DNA of 59,984 bases, filler included, from Hausera hauseri (lineage: Eukaryota), in assembly GCA_046269625.1 (NCBI GenBank). It is 10 parts of 10 records of this genome, joined end to end, with 100 filler letters (N's around TTAATTAATTAA, not from the genome) between each part and the next. Parts side by side here need not be neighbours in the genome. Positions count along the whole stretch, not along the records: positions 9,882 to 13,846 come from JBJURY010852855.1; positions 13,947 to 18,317 come from JBJURY010612333.1; positions 18,418 to 23,513 come from JBJURY010336937.1; positions 23,614 to 27,886 come from JBJURY010664774.1; 6 more parts are not named here. One strand, given 5' to 3'. The notes below the pieces were generated by a model. The model had not been told where the DNA came from, searched no databases, and worked only from the letters and a program-made list of their open reading frames with translations. Shown one piece after another: positions 13,446 through 24,945 of the stretch. The translations under genes were made by a program, and so were the position numbers. Positions within the stretch are counted from its first letter, which is position 1. Every line of letters begins with the position of its first letter.

Positions 13446-13820
13446 TTGCAAAGGAGAGACAAGTGTGAACCGAGTCATACAGCTCATAAGAAAGTATCTG
13501 TATCACCAATATTTCCATTGATCATTGTATTGGCCATGTGTACCCTGTTCCTCATTTCACAAATTCCCATAACTGTTTACATCATTTTGGAAAATGTGAA
13601 TATTATTCAGATTGACAGCATTGAAATGTATATTTGGATGTGTACGATTTCTCTTTTAGATTATTCAACGAAATTCTATATCTGCACTTTGTTTACTGGT
13701 CATACCAGAAAAATAGCATTCAATATTGTCAGACGATATTTTGGTAAACTGGGAATACGTATTAATGGAGGAAAGGTTGCGACAGTAACGGTACATAGTA
13801 TTTCACTGAATAATGTGTAG
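13446..13820 (+). CDS. Rhodopsin-like peptide GPCR, C-terminal part (TM6-TM7-helix 8); partial gene or last exon
   Basis: IIVLAMCTLFLISQIPITV (FxxxQxP, TM6) and ISLLDYSTKFYICTLF (NxSxNFYIY-like TM7) followed by a basic tail. Confidence 0.65.
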   Translation: MQRRDKCEPSHTAHKKVSVSPIFPLIIVLAMCTLFLISQIPITVYIILENVNIIQIDSIEMYIWMCTISLLDYSTKFYICTLFTGHTRKIAFNIVRRYFGKLGIRINGGKVATVTVHSISLNNV

Positions 13821-13846
13821 TTTTTCAAATCATATAACAATGAGCA

Positions 13847-13946
13847 NNNNNNNNNNNNNNNNNNNNNNNNNNNNNNNNNNNNNNNNNNNNTTAATTAATT
13901 AANNNNNNNNNNNNNNNNNNNNNNNNNNNNNNNNNNNNNNNNNNNN
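13847..13946. other. Artificial contig spacer
   Basis: Same structure. Confidence 0.98.
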
Positions 13947-15779
13947 TAAAACTAATATCATTGTAGAGTCCTGACTTAAGGTCAAAACATTTTAACAAAG
14001 TCCGTGACCTATACCAGTAACACAAAGGAAGGAAGATCTTGTCATTAAAGCCATTTCATAGACAAGTTCCTTGGCATTCAATAACTGTTGTTGCTTGTAA
14101 CAAATATGCAGGGTTGGTTCTGCCCCACTTTATGATAATCGATCAAAGTCACCAGAGTGCAAGAGACGACAAACAGTATTTGTCACGGATAACACGAAAG
14201 AATAAGGACAAAATGCAACTTGCCTGTACGCAGATTTTCTCACAGAACATCACTCCTGACGAGTTTTGAAATACACTCACGTAACACCAACGGGCTTGAC
14301 CGCAGGCTGTAGACCCCGACTTCTTTTCTTCGCCTACGACACAAAGCCCATATCTGTAGATTTTCATTTAAGCTTAATTGGAAACTTTCCTTCGTTCCTG
14401 GCTGAACAAACCGTTTCAGTTGCTCGGGACTCGTCTGACACCTGGTTTATACCATGGATGCCGTTAGGATTTCGTCACGGTTTGAAAATGGTGGCAGGAT
14501 TTTTACAACCCCATCACGCTGGTTGACCGTCCAAATCAGTCTACGCCTGGTAACCATCACCATGTAAGACAGATGTAGACAACGGACTCAACTATCAGTT
14601 GTTACAGCATGACGTATTCATCAACAAGCCCGTCGAGGGGGAGGGGCTTTCTTTGTCCTCTCCAGACATCCTCTCTCTTGATAGATTTTTGTATTGCCAA
14701 CAGGAGTATAAGGATCATATATTCGTTCTCCTGGACAGCAATTATCGTTGCCGGTTGGATAGATGGATGGATAGATGGATATTGATCTCCACATCGTCGA
14801 GCGTAAGCCCTTGTGATGGGCCCTGAGTAAGTGCCGTAGTCCTAAAAAAGGACTACAGGAGTGGTTTTGTGAACGCTTTGATGCATCCTGGTCCCCATAT
14901 TGGAGCATGGGTCCCACCTTCACGGAGATTCGCAGAGTTCATCTTCCGTCCCGGGGCGATGATGTTGGCTTGACAATCTCCATCACGGCTCCACTACTGC
15001 AAGTGACCATGTCGATCCTCCCACCGTCGGCCAGAATTTCTTCTGTTTCCAGGGCACACTGCGAAGAAGTGGTGAGAGGTCTTGGCCAGTGTGTTTCCTG
15101 GCCCTGACAAGGACCGCGAAGCGGCTTGTCTCCGTGACGAGTGAGACATATGAGATAACACGACACTGGACTAAGTCCAGTAAAAAGTGTTAAAAGACAA
15201 AAAGAAAAGACTTAATTGTATGCCTGGTTACAGTCGAAATACCAACTGTGTGGCGTCAAAAAAAGACTGGGAGAGACAAACCATGGTTACTCTTTTGCAT
15301 TGAGGCGAGCATCGCCTTTTGGGCTGTGGTTCGACCATAGATCTTACTTGTTGCGCGTTGTTGCTCTTGCTCAATCTCCACATTACAGAGTGTCAGAGCT
15401 CTTGTAGATGAGCCATGGAAAGGGCTGATGCAAATCTAAGAAAGCCTATAAGGTAGCTAAGCTTTCCTGCTGTCCCGGTGGTGTCTAGGAGGGGGACCAA
15501 GGTCCTCCGAATTTGGTTCAATGCTAAGCCCCCTAGAAGTGATCCGCTACTCAACTAGGGACCATACAACTTGGAATTTAAACCCCGTACGTTCAGTATC
15601 GAGGCGAACTGCTTACATCGAGACCACTCAGTTCTCTGACCGTAGTTTAGTTATTATTTAAATTATCAACACTACTATCAGATCAATTCCGTGAGTACTC
15701 CGCTATACTTGTCAACAATCAGTGCAATCACAAAGTTTGAAAGTTACATTTAAAACATAAATGTGGAAACTGATGACAA

Positions 15780-15861
15780 GTCGTCGTGGCCGAGTGGTTA
15801 AGGCGATAGACTAGAAATCTATTGGGATCTTCCCGCGTAGGTTCGAATCCTACCGACGACG
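15780..15861 (+). tRNA. tRNA-Ser(AGA)
   Basis: GTCGTCG/CGACGAC acceptor stem, TGGCCGAGTGG A box, ATAGA-CTAGAAA-TCTAT anticodon arm, long variable arm, GTTCGAATCC B box, downstream T tract. Confidence 0.96.
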
Positions 15862-16519
15862 TTATTTTATTTATTTATTTATTTGTTTATTTTTGTCAAG
15901 ACTGCCTCCCCCAGTTCGTTCCTGGCCGTTATTTTATCCGCTATAGTCTATGATCGTGGGTTCAATCCCAGGAGTGGACATTGGATTTTTCGACCGAAAC
16001 AGGTCCAACTGGAAAAGGAAAGGCGGCCTGGCTTTATGCTGATAACATAACCCAGTTATTTACTGGTGTCAAGGAAAATTGTGGACACTAACTCCACATT
16101 GCCTATACGCCTGCCCTTATGCGTCAATGGACTTTCCTTACAATCTGCGAAAAGCCTTTCATTCTGTTTTTTTTTTTTTTATGTGAGGTATCCATGTTAG
16201 TTTTTGTCATATTTTACTCCCAATTACACTGGGTTTTCTCCTTTGGTTTTTCTCCTTTTTCTCCTTTTCTCCTTTCTCCAGTGTGAGTGTGTAGCTTTCA
16301 GTTTTTGTGGAAAGGGAGAAAAGTGTCGTGGTTGTTTTGTTTTTTCTTTATTTGAACACCCCGAGTTTTGGTCTTTTCGTCTACATTGTCTATTGTCTTT
16401 TGCATTCTTGCATCCTAAGGATTCGGACTGTGTCCATATAGCTAGGTCATTTGCATGCAGTTCGTTGTGGATATAAAGTGCGAACTACATTGGAAGGTCG
16501 TCAATGAAGATAATGACCA

Positions 16520-16830
16520 GTGATGGTATAGTACTCCTCTTTGTGGGACTCCTTCTGGTATCATAACCATTCTGTTCCTGCTATTTAATTCTTAGGTCAC
16601 TTTCATAAAAACTATTTCTAATCCATTTCAGCGTGTTGTCTCTGATTTCTTTTTGATCCATTTTCTAGTATTAGAACCTTGTACCAGACTTTATCAACGG
16701 CCGTTTTTGGATCAAAGACGATGGCCAAGAATGTTGCTTTTTGCGGAAGGCGTCTGCTATTTCTGAGCGAGATATGCTGTTTGTTCATCTGTGTTCCTGT
16801 ACTTTCTAAATCCTGACTAGCAGTCATCCA
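16520..16830 (-). mobile_element. Degraded non-LTR retrotransposon RT fragment
   Basis: FLAIVFDPKTAVDKVWYKVLI resembles the AxFLDxxKAFDKVWH motif of LINE RT. Confidence 0.5.
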
Positions 16831-17057
16831 GTAGATGGTTTTCTTCCAGGTATTTAAGAAGCCTGATGCTACATATGCATATTAAATCATGTGTATCTAC
16901 ATCTACATGTTGACCAGAGAATGTGTGGGATCAATCCAAGATGCAGAGATGATAAATGCAAATCACCTAGCGTAAGGTGTGTGTACAATGTTAGGCGAAA
17001 TAGTACTTCAGAACGATGGGTCCTGTACACAAAAAAATAAAAAAACCAAAACAATCG

Positions 17058-17139
17058 CGTCGTCGGCAGGATTCGAACCTACGCGGGAAGATCCCAATGG
17101 ATTTCAAGTCCATCGCCTTAACCACTCGGCCACGACGAC
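17058..17139 (-). tRNA. tRNA-Ser(TGA)
   Basis: Reverse complement GTCGTCGTGGCCGAGTGGTTAAGGCGATGGACTTGAAATCCATTGGGATCTTCCCGCGTAGGTTCGAATCCTGCCGACGACG, followed by T tracts. Confidence 0.96.
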
Positions 17140-18317
17140 TTGGTAACAGTAACCAAGTTCGTGCTTAAATATTAATACCTCACAATTTGCAGATGTTGCA
17201 GTTAATCTCTATTGATTTGGAGACATGGATTACATTGTTTTATGTAGTATTTCTATACTTATGCCTAGCATTTCTTTTCACATAATACAGATGTGTCCTT
17301 TCAGCATCATAAATGCCAGGTTGTGAAGCGTGGGTCGTTAAAGATTTGCATGTCTCGCGATTCCTGTTGTTCCCAATCATCTCTGCCATTGACACACTTC
17401 CAAACCATTCACGAAGCCATTCATCCATTAATTCCATTTGGTGGTATTTTGTATGTGGTGCACAAGTTCTCAAAACCGTTCCTTCATAAAACATAGCCAA
17501 TCATAGATGTTTACATCATTCTGATCTTATTAATAAGCGTTCAATCTGCATCTGCTTCATGTAAAACATCTTCTTTTTTCCTTTTCGATTTTCAGCATTG
17601 TTCTGAGGACCTACCTGTGAGGTGCGTATATGTTGTATACCATGAAGGCCTCATCAGCTGTATGTAAGATGTCTACAAAGAAGAAATCGAAGTTATAAGT
17701 GAATCATCTTGATTTTGTCCTTCTGCAGTTCCCTTGTATACTATACGGACTGCTCTACATTGAACTAAATGTGTTTTGTCTTCCTGTCTAGAATATCTGT
17801 ACACTTCCTTGCCACATTATCAGGAATCTCTTCCGTAGTTAGTGCATTTTTAAAAATACGTTATCGGCAATGTTACTGAGACCGCTACTGTGGTAGGATA
17901 AGAAGTTGGAGACGGGAAAGAGAAAAAAGGGAAAATAGATAACTCGGTTGTATTTCGTGAACTGAGTGAACTTTTCCTTCCTTCTAGTAAGTTCTAGCTT
18001 GTTCGACAAAGTTAGACACTGAGCTGAATTCTCATGCTTCTCACGTGGACCAACCGGTGAACACGGAAGCCATTTTTGGGCGCAATGAGTTAAGAAATCA
18101 GTTTTTGTTGAGAACGCCGACCGGACGGGTCGACATTACAATTTGAGTTTGTTTAAGCAACTCTGTACAAGTTTGAAAGGCAAGTCGTTTTGACAAGCAG
18201 TAGATTCTTGTTGTGTGTTAAACAAGACGTGTCTCTTGGTGTGAGACTAACCTGATAATGCAGTTGTATTTCGGCTATCTACGAAGCATTGTCTAGATTT
18301 TTCCAGAATTATTCTGT

Positions 18318-18417
18318 NNNNNNNNNNNNNNNNNNNNNNNNNNNNNNNNNNNNNNNNNNNNTTAATTAATTAANNNNNNNNNNNNNNNNNNNNNNNNNNN
18401 NNNNNNNNNNNNNNNNN
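18318..18417. other. Artificial contig spacer
   Basis: Same structure. Confidence 0.98.
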
Positions 18418-18418
18418 A

Positions 18419-18790
18419 ATGAATTTTAGTATAGTACATGTAATGTATGCTATTTTTAGGCCTACACTACATTGTTGTACAAACAAGGCTCAAGCAACAA
18501 ATGATTATTTGACAAACCATCATCACAAACTGGCTTGGGAAGAATATAATACCCAGTTTTGCACAGATTGCCTTATGCGAGATATTGGGAATATGTGTGA
18601 CATAAATGAATCCACGTTTTATGTCAAAGATCATGATGATTGGCGGAAGAAGAATACATTTAATAGCATATTTCGAGAATTGCGAATATGTGCATATGAA
18701 TGTAACAAATTGGTAATTATACCAAAGAACAATACATGTATTTATCGTGAACATGGTTCACATTGTGCTTATAAAAAGTGTTTAGCGTAA
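18419..18790 (+). CDS. Small Cys/His-rich hypothetical protein convergent with PolB
   Basis: 123-aa ORF with CC, CxxC (twice) and HCxxxxC; starts at the contig edge; no family recognised. Confidence 0.45.
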   Translation: MNFSIVHVMYAIFRPTLHCCTNKAQATNDYLTNHHHKLAWEEYNTQFCTDCLMRDIGNMCDINESTFYVKDHDDWRKKNTFNSIFRELRICAYECNKLVIIPKNNTCIYREHGSHCAYKKCLA

Positions 18791-18959
18791 TGTCAAAGTT
18801 ATATTATTACTAAGTAAATGTGTTATTAAATTATTTTGTCTTAAACTATATAGTAGTTACTTAGTTTTACTTTGCCTTATCCTATATCACACATTACTTG
18901 ATCAAGAAGACAACACGGTATTTCGATACAACATTTATTAAGCAAAAAGAATAACAATA

Positions 18960-21900
18960 TTTACAATGCCACATATCTTTGAGGTTGTGTGTGGATTTCA
19001 TCTTCACGAATGTGCCTTTTTCATCGAACCAATCGAGGTTTTTCTTCCGCAGCGCAACCTTGGCAATCTGATGTTCCCGGGACTGGATCCTCTTCATCTC
19101 CCTGACGATGTAAGTTTGTTCCCACAACACTCTCATAATCTACAAAGCCTATGTCTTTAGCTAATGTGGCCCTTTGAACTCCCTTAGCCCGCTTCTTTAC
19201 CTAACCACTTACATTGATGGCGTACATTTTTGATCTCAACGCAACGAAACGGGTGGTGATCTGCCCATTCACCTTGTCTTTAAACTTCCCGAGGACCTTC
19301 TTGTTGACGGTTAAGTAATTTGGATGATCCTTCGGATAGTTCGAGGTATCTATATACTGCGCCAATTTTGCAAACTTTCAAAGACATCATCTGTGTGGAT
19401 CTGGTATATGAAACTGTCCGTGTCCATTTACATTAGGTGGAGCTCCTTTAATGTGGGACCATAATATTGTAATGAAAGTCATACGTCAAGGTCTTGGATA
19501 GATCCAATATGGGCATGCCCACATATATAGGCTTGTTAAACTCAAATGATGTCTTGAGCATATGAATGCTCACCAGGTTCTCTGTGTAGATTGTACTGCT
19601 GTGGAAGTTGGGCTTAGCGATAAGTATTTTTGCCCTCTTCCAGTTACATACCAGCTCGATGTTTATCCGGTTCCGGATGTTCTCCATAGTTTTGCCAAAG
19701 ACCGAGTTGTTATGCAGCTTGAATTGGTTCTTTACAAACTCGTTCTTGGCATTGGCCCTTAACTGAGTATTGAGGTCTATGTATGGATTCAGCCATTTGT
19801 ACTGGCTGAACGGCAGGGCCTGATGAATCCTGATTACTCGGAGTCCATTTTAGATGGCCTGTTGGAGATTTATGTAGTGGCCAACATACCTCTCCCTGTT
19901 TTCGAGGTGATATAGCAGCTTCTTATGCTTACCATTTGGCGTCCTCTTGCTCTTCGGGAGAAAAGGCAGCTGCTCATACCTTGTGTGGATGCTATGTGGG
20001 TATTCCACGTCCACCTCCCGTATGTAGCCCATATCTCCATTGGGATCAATACCTTTAGTATCCAAGACATGCGGCTGCTCCTCCCATTGAAAGTTATGAT
20101 AGGGCAATGGGTTGCTCATTGTCCATCCATACAGATTGTTGGAATCCAAGTATGATATATATAAGTACTTCTTGGATGGATCATAATCTACCATGTATTT
20201 TTTGTTGGCCTCGCCGTGCATGTGAATGGCCTGGCAGATTACGCCCTTGATGTCTCTCTCAATCATGAGGGCCACATTGTTATCCTTTAAAATCTGGAGC
20301 CTTATGCCGGTATAGCGCAGCATAGCTGCTCAACTCATTCCTGGAGTTGTAAAGAAATAAACTGGATCAAACTTGTGGCTTTTAAGGGTCACATCCCGGA
20401 AGCTTTAAAAGACATCAGTAAGCAACACCACATTTGTGAGGAGAAAGATATCACTGTATTCCCCTATTGCCCTGCACTGGAAGGTTTCCCATACTCTTTC
20501 GGCGTGCTCATAGTCAGAAACGCTAATATGACTGTATGAAAACCGACTATAGACGTCCGCTTTGTCCGGTAATGCATCTTCATCCAGTGCTCTCCATAAC
20601 GTTATATAGTCATAAAGGAACACTCCTTTCCGCTTCATCAGGTCAGATGTATCCGGGAAGAACCTCTTCGTCTCCTTGAGTTCATCACCTGGATGGTTCT
20701 TCACTAGGCCGTCGAGTGATGAGCTCATGAAGTAAAAGCTATCAATGAAGTAAAGTCTGATGCGGCCCATATGCTTCGTGAAGGTAAATTACTTCTCCTC
20801 ACTATTTGGAATCACATAAATGTTCCACTCAATATTACCCAATTCTCGAACAATGAGGTGGGAATCATATCCACTAAGATTGTGGAATATCACGGGAACA
20901 TATATGCATGTCTTGCAGCGTATGTTGCAATTGTTGTACACTGCGCCTCGGTATATGCTTGTAAAATGGCAGTGATCCTTGACTTTGTGATTGTCCCATG
21001 TGAGTGGCTTTCGGCATAAGTAGCATGTTGATGCATTGCGCCATTCACATTTTTCTTGCTGCGACATCACCATGTAGTCTTTATGTTGCTGCAACATGTT
21101 TTCATGTTTGTGGGCATACTGTTTTAGATGCTGCATAAAATGTGGTGCTGCATTTATACCCCTGTATAGGTAGGGTTCTTTGTCCAGTCCTTTGGCATAG
21201 ATGCAGTATGATGATAACTCATGGTACTGATATGCTGTAGTACTGCTTTGCTGTGGATTGGGACTGCAGCTGTGAACTGGACTGAGCATGGCCTCAAAGT
21301 CACAATATATGGCAATCGGCATCTTCTGTATCTTCTCAAACTCCTTGAATTCCACGTAATCCTCCTGGGGGAATTCTGCTCAGATACAATAGTTTGTATT
21401 GCAGTAGGTATTGTGCTCCACCAACTTTTCTACGGCTGTCTCCATTAAAATGGGTAAAGCCTCTTTCGCATATTTTCAGCCTTGATTTATGCTTGGATAT
21501 TTGCAATCCTATGAGGTGCTCAAAATTCTTGATCCAGAAGAAATTCCTCGTTTCTCCATCATCTAGCAGGAGCAGATTCCTATGATCCTCCAATTCCTCC
21601 TTGCACACATGAAAGGTATAAAATTTGTCCTCCTCCAATCCGAAGATGTTGATGGGAATTTTGTTCACGCTTTCAAATTTCACGACTCCATCTAGGCTCG
21701 GCTGGAATGAAATACAGCTGAAGTCTTATGTGTGCTGCACTTTGTCATATATCCAAACTCGGGAAGCATTATGTTCATCCTGGACTACTTTTGACAAAAT
21801 AGAATACATTAAACACATGCTGTCCTCATTATGGATATTGATGCATGCCTTTTTCTTAATTATTTATTCAGGAAGCGGTATGTAGGACCTACCTCTCATG

Positions 21901-22420
21901 GGAGAATACTTGTGCACATGCACAAGTAACCCCTTTATTGTAGTTAAAGTCCAACCGCTCTTCTTTTCCTGGCATTCCTCGGCTTCGCGGATGAGCCTTG
22001 CATAGTCCTCTGTAATGAAATCCTTAATGTTAAAGGATTTCAGTAGTGCCTTGTTCTTCGTTTTGAAGGCTCTATTATACAGCTCTCTTTTGATATTGGT
22101 GAATGTGGCTTCCAATTTGAAATTCACTTTCAGGGTCTTCAGGTCCAACAAGTTGTCCTGGAGAATTCCTGCTGCCTCCTCCTTTAAATATTCCAGGAAT
22201 TCATGGAGTAATACCTGCCCCACTTCTGCTATGAAGTATCGCCGCACTTTGCTCTTCAATGCAGATACATCAATTGGTCGCTGTCTTTGACTTTTTGTTG
22301 GAGCTGCTATGTCTGATGCGCCTGATGCGCCCCATGCGTCCGATGCGCGTTTTAGTCCCGCATCAGGCTGTACTGAAGGCTGTGGTACTGCAGGCCGTTG
22401 CACTGCAGGTTGTGCAACTG
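18960..22420 (-). pseudogene. Protein-primed family B DNA polymerase (Polinton/Maverick, adintovirus-like), copy A, frameshifted
   Basis: SGWTL..RGRSYIPLP; ExoI IYCDFEA; EndoVII-like CYLC..VKDHCHFTS.YRGA..NNCN; FHNLSGYDSHLI; FIDSFYFMSSSLDGLV; KGVFLYDY; YLDSNNLYG; KLHNNSVFGKTMENIRNR; KPIYVG; MDTDSF; many stops and frameshifts. Confidence 0.92.
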
Positions 22421-22421
22421 G

Positions 22422-22646
22422 CTAATGTTCATTAAAGATCATCTTCTTTGACTTTGATGCGAAGTCAGTCAAATGATGTTTGTGATCATAATAAACTGTA
22501 TGTATGCTCCACCACATACAGCCTGAAATCCTGGGCAGGTATAATAAATGATCGTGTTGAATTTGTATCCATAATAGCTCCTCATGGCATTGTGGCAATT
22601 CTGAGGGTTGTGCATTGCACATGTGCAATACACATATGAACTTCAT
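22422..22646 (-). pseudogene. Uncharacterised ~70-aa domain immediately upstream of PolB copy A
   Basis: YYDHKHHLTDFASKSKK matches FYNVHKQHLISFIKSK (22827-23036) and FYEFHKTHFCDFMAKS (~55860-55910). Confidence 0.45.
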
Positions 22647-22736
22647 ATTTGATTTTCCTTTGGCACGAAAGTTGTTATTGGCATATTGGTACTGAATATT
22701 TGTTTTTTAATGAACTTTTGTTTTAATGCATCAATT

Positions 22737-23036
22737 AAATTAAATACATGTCGGCTCCAACTTCGAATAGGTTTTTGACCATGGGGGATCGAATGCAATC
22801 ATCTGATTCTTCGAATAATGCATTCTTTATCGAGTTTTCGACTTGATGAATGAAATCAAGTGCTGTTTGTGGACATTGTAAAAGTCTTCATAATTGGTTT
22901 GGCACACAACCTCACATGTAGGTAATATATAATACTTACCCTGTTGTACATATGTACTGAAATACTTCTTCATAACACTGTGGTAATTTTCAGGCTCATG
23001 GATTTGAGCCAACCATTCGATATAAATCTTGCACAT
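22737..23036 (-). pseudogene. Stand-alone paralog of the PolB N-terminal domain
   Basis: MCKIYIEW..HEPENYH..MKKY..YYILPTC..VC..FYNVHKQH..; its 3' end (~22705-22828) is duplicated at ~23155-23276. Confidence 0.45.
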
Positions 23037-23513
23037 CTAAAAATGAACCAATTATTTGAGGAGCACAATTAAAAAACTCACCATTTGTTGAAGTGATTTT
23101 GGAAACAGTGAAACATATAGCCATATCATTATGTAGTGCCCCGATTATTGATTGGTTTTAATGCACTTTTGTTTTAATGCACCAATTAAATTAAATATAA
23201 TGCTGCGCCAAATTTAAGAATTTCGACCGTGGGGAATCGAATAACGTCATAAGAATCTTCGAATAATACATTTTTGACCGAATATTCGAGTTCGAATAGC
23301 TGATGCCATATTCCGATTCGGAATATATGACTTCCTATCCCGCCCCGCTTATATATTTATCGATTTCCGCTTCACTGTGCTTTAAATTCACATTTTGCTT
23401 AATTAGAAATATTGATTTCTTACCTATATAGTACATTTTCATGGAATAATTTTTATGTATAAGGCGGTTTTCGTATATGAGGATTTTTCAGGTTTTCGAA
23501 TTTCGAATATTTG

Positions 23514-23613
23514 NNNNNNNNNNNNNNNNNNNNNNNNNNNNNNNNNNNNNNNNNNNNTTAATTAATTAANNNNNNNNNNNNNNNNNNNNNNNNNNNNNNN
23601 NNNNNNNNNNNNN
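23514..23613. other. Artificial contig spacer
   Basis: Same structure. Confidence 0.98.
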
Positions 23614-23748
23614 ACGTTTATTCTCATTATATTAATTGCGATCTTTCAATTAGTTACCAAAAATTGTTATTCTAAGTGCCATAAAAATTCAGAATGGGAA
23701 TTAATGGAATTGGAAAACCATGTAGATCCGTATGATAAAATAACCTGA
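23614..23748 (+). pseudogene. C-terminal TM anchor and tail of an env-like protein (same family as 31100-32356)
   Basis: TFILIILIAIFQLVTKNCY versus TFVLIICLETFQLVTKNCQY at 32296-32356 (13/18 identical). Confidence 0.7.
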
Positions 23749-24303
23749 CAATTACAGACCAGGTTATTCTGTCACCAAACAATGAATTGGGTTTGGTTTA
23801 AAGCCATCCTTTGTTTTAAGATTAATATTTATGTTTTCTTTTTTAGATTGGTAAGTAGTCAGACTCAAATGAACTCGAGCCGGCTTAGCATCGACGAATT
23901 CTTGCAACGGTATGTAACCGTACGCATCCCGAACTAAAAAGCCATCTATCAACAAATCAATACAGAATTACAAGGGCGAAACTTCCTTCAGTACCCGAGA
24001 ATCGACGAAATACTAAACCACTTGAAAGGAACAACTGAAGAAACTATAGCCGTATATCTATACGCTTGGAAAGAGGCTAAAGATGCCAGAGCATACACTT
24101 TGAAACAGATCACCCAACACCAAGCGGATAAGGAACAGAGAATATATGTACATTTGGCCGACGGAGAATTCTATTATCGATTGAAGGACCAAAAATGGGA
24201 TTCGTTTCAAGGTAGACAAAGCCCGTTCAGCACATTTGTATTTAACAGTAGGAATTTCCACAATTGCTAGCTGGAATTCCGTATCGCAGTCTTACCTGTA
24301 AAG

Positions 24304-24945
24304 ATGATGGTCAAGAAAACTGAAGAGGAAACAATGCCCGTCTCATTGCCGCCCCTAGGATTTAGGCAAAGGCCCACTGAAAAAGAACAAGACGAGCATC
24401 TACATTCATTCAGACTAGTAACCGATGACAGGAATATTAGGATTGCCGCAATAAATTATGGAGAAGGAGAAGAAGGGAACTATATCCCAATTGAAATATC
24501 GATACGAGAAGAGAAAGGGGCCAAAATCTATTCAAAGATCATTAACCCAAGAAAGAAGGTACAAGAAACCTATGCCGAAGTGACTGGAATTAGAAGAGAA
24601 CAATTAATCCACGGAAAGGATTCCAAATTAGTGCAAGAGGAAGTAGCACAATATCTGTACGGATACGTCTTAGTGGGGTATCGAGTACAAAGAATGATAA
24701 AGAAATTAAACCTATCAGTAACTCACATAGCCAGAATAAGAGAGATAGAGACTCACCCAACTGTAATGGGACAAATGGAAATCAGGATCAAAGAGAAAAA
24801 GGACCACCTACCACCGACCGTGGAAGGCCGATTTAAGTTAATGGTAGAGGCCATGACTGGAGTGAATATAAAAATAAGCCGGCTGCTGACCGCTAGTCAG
24901 CGATCCCAGTACCTAACAGACATAAATGCCGGATTAAAATGTTAA
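24304..24945 (+). CDS. REX4/ISG20-like DEDDh 3'-5' exonuclease fold, probably catalytically inactive; part of an interrupted accessory ORF starting at ATG 23869
   Basis: EISIREEKGAKIYSKIINP..EVTGIRREQLIHGKDSKLVQEEVAQYLYGYVLVG aligns with the REX4 pattern RVSIVN..G..VYDKYVKP..AVSGIRPENL..G..VQKEVAEMLKGRILVGH; ExoI DCE reads NYG and the ExoII Asp is absent. Confidence 0.72.
   Translation: MMVKKTEEETMPVSLPPLGFRQRPTEKEQDEHLHSFRLVTDDRNIRIAAINYGEGEEGNYIPIEISIREEKGAKIYSKIINPRKKVQETYAEVTGIRREQLIHGKDSKLVQEEVAQYLYGYVLVGYRVQRMIKKLNLSVTHIARIREIETHPTVMGQMEIRIKEKKDHLPPTVEGRFKLMVEAMTGVNIKISRLLTASQRSQYLTDINAGLKC

Noticed and set aside
13947-15500. Cluster of short ORFs on both strands
   Set aside because: No recognisable motifs; consistent with non-coding or repeat-derived DNA
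15560-16000. Additional tRNA-like sequences (~15570-15630 minus; ~15920-15985 plus, GGGTTCAATCCC)
   Set aside because: Only B-box-like remnants with no cloverleaf; probably decayed SINE heads, too weak to call
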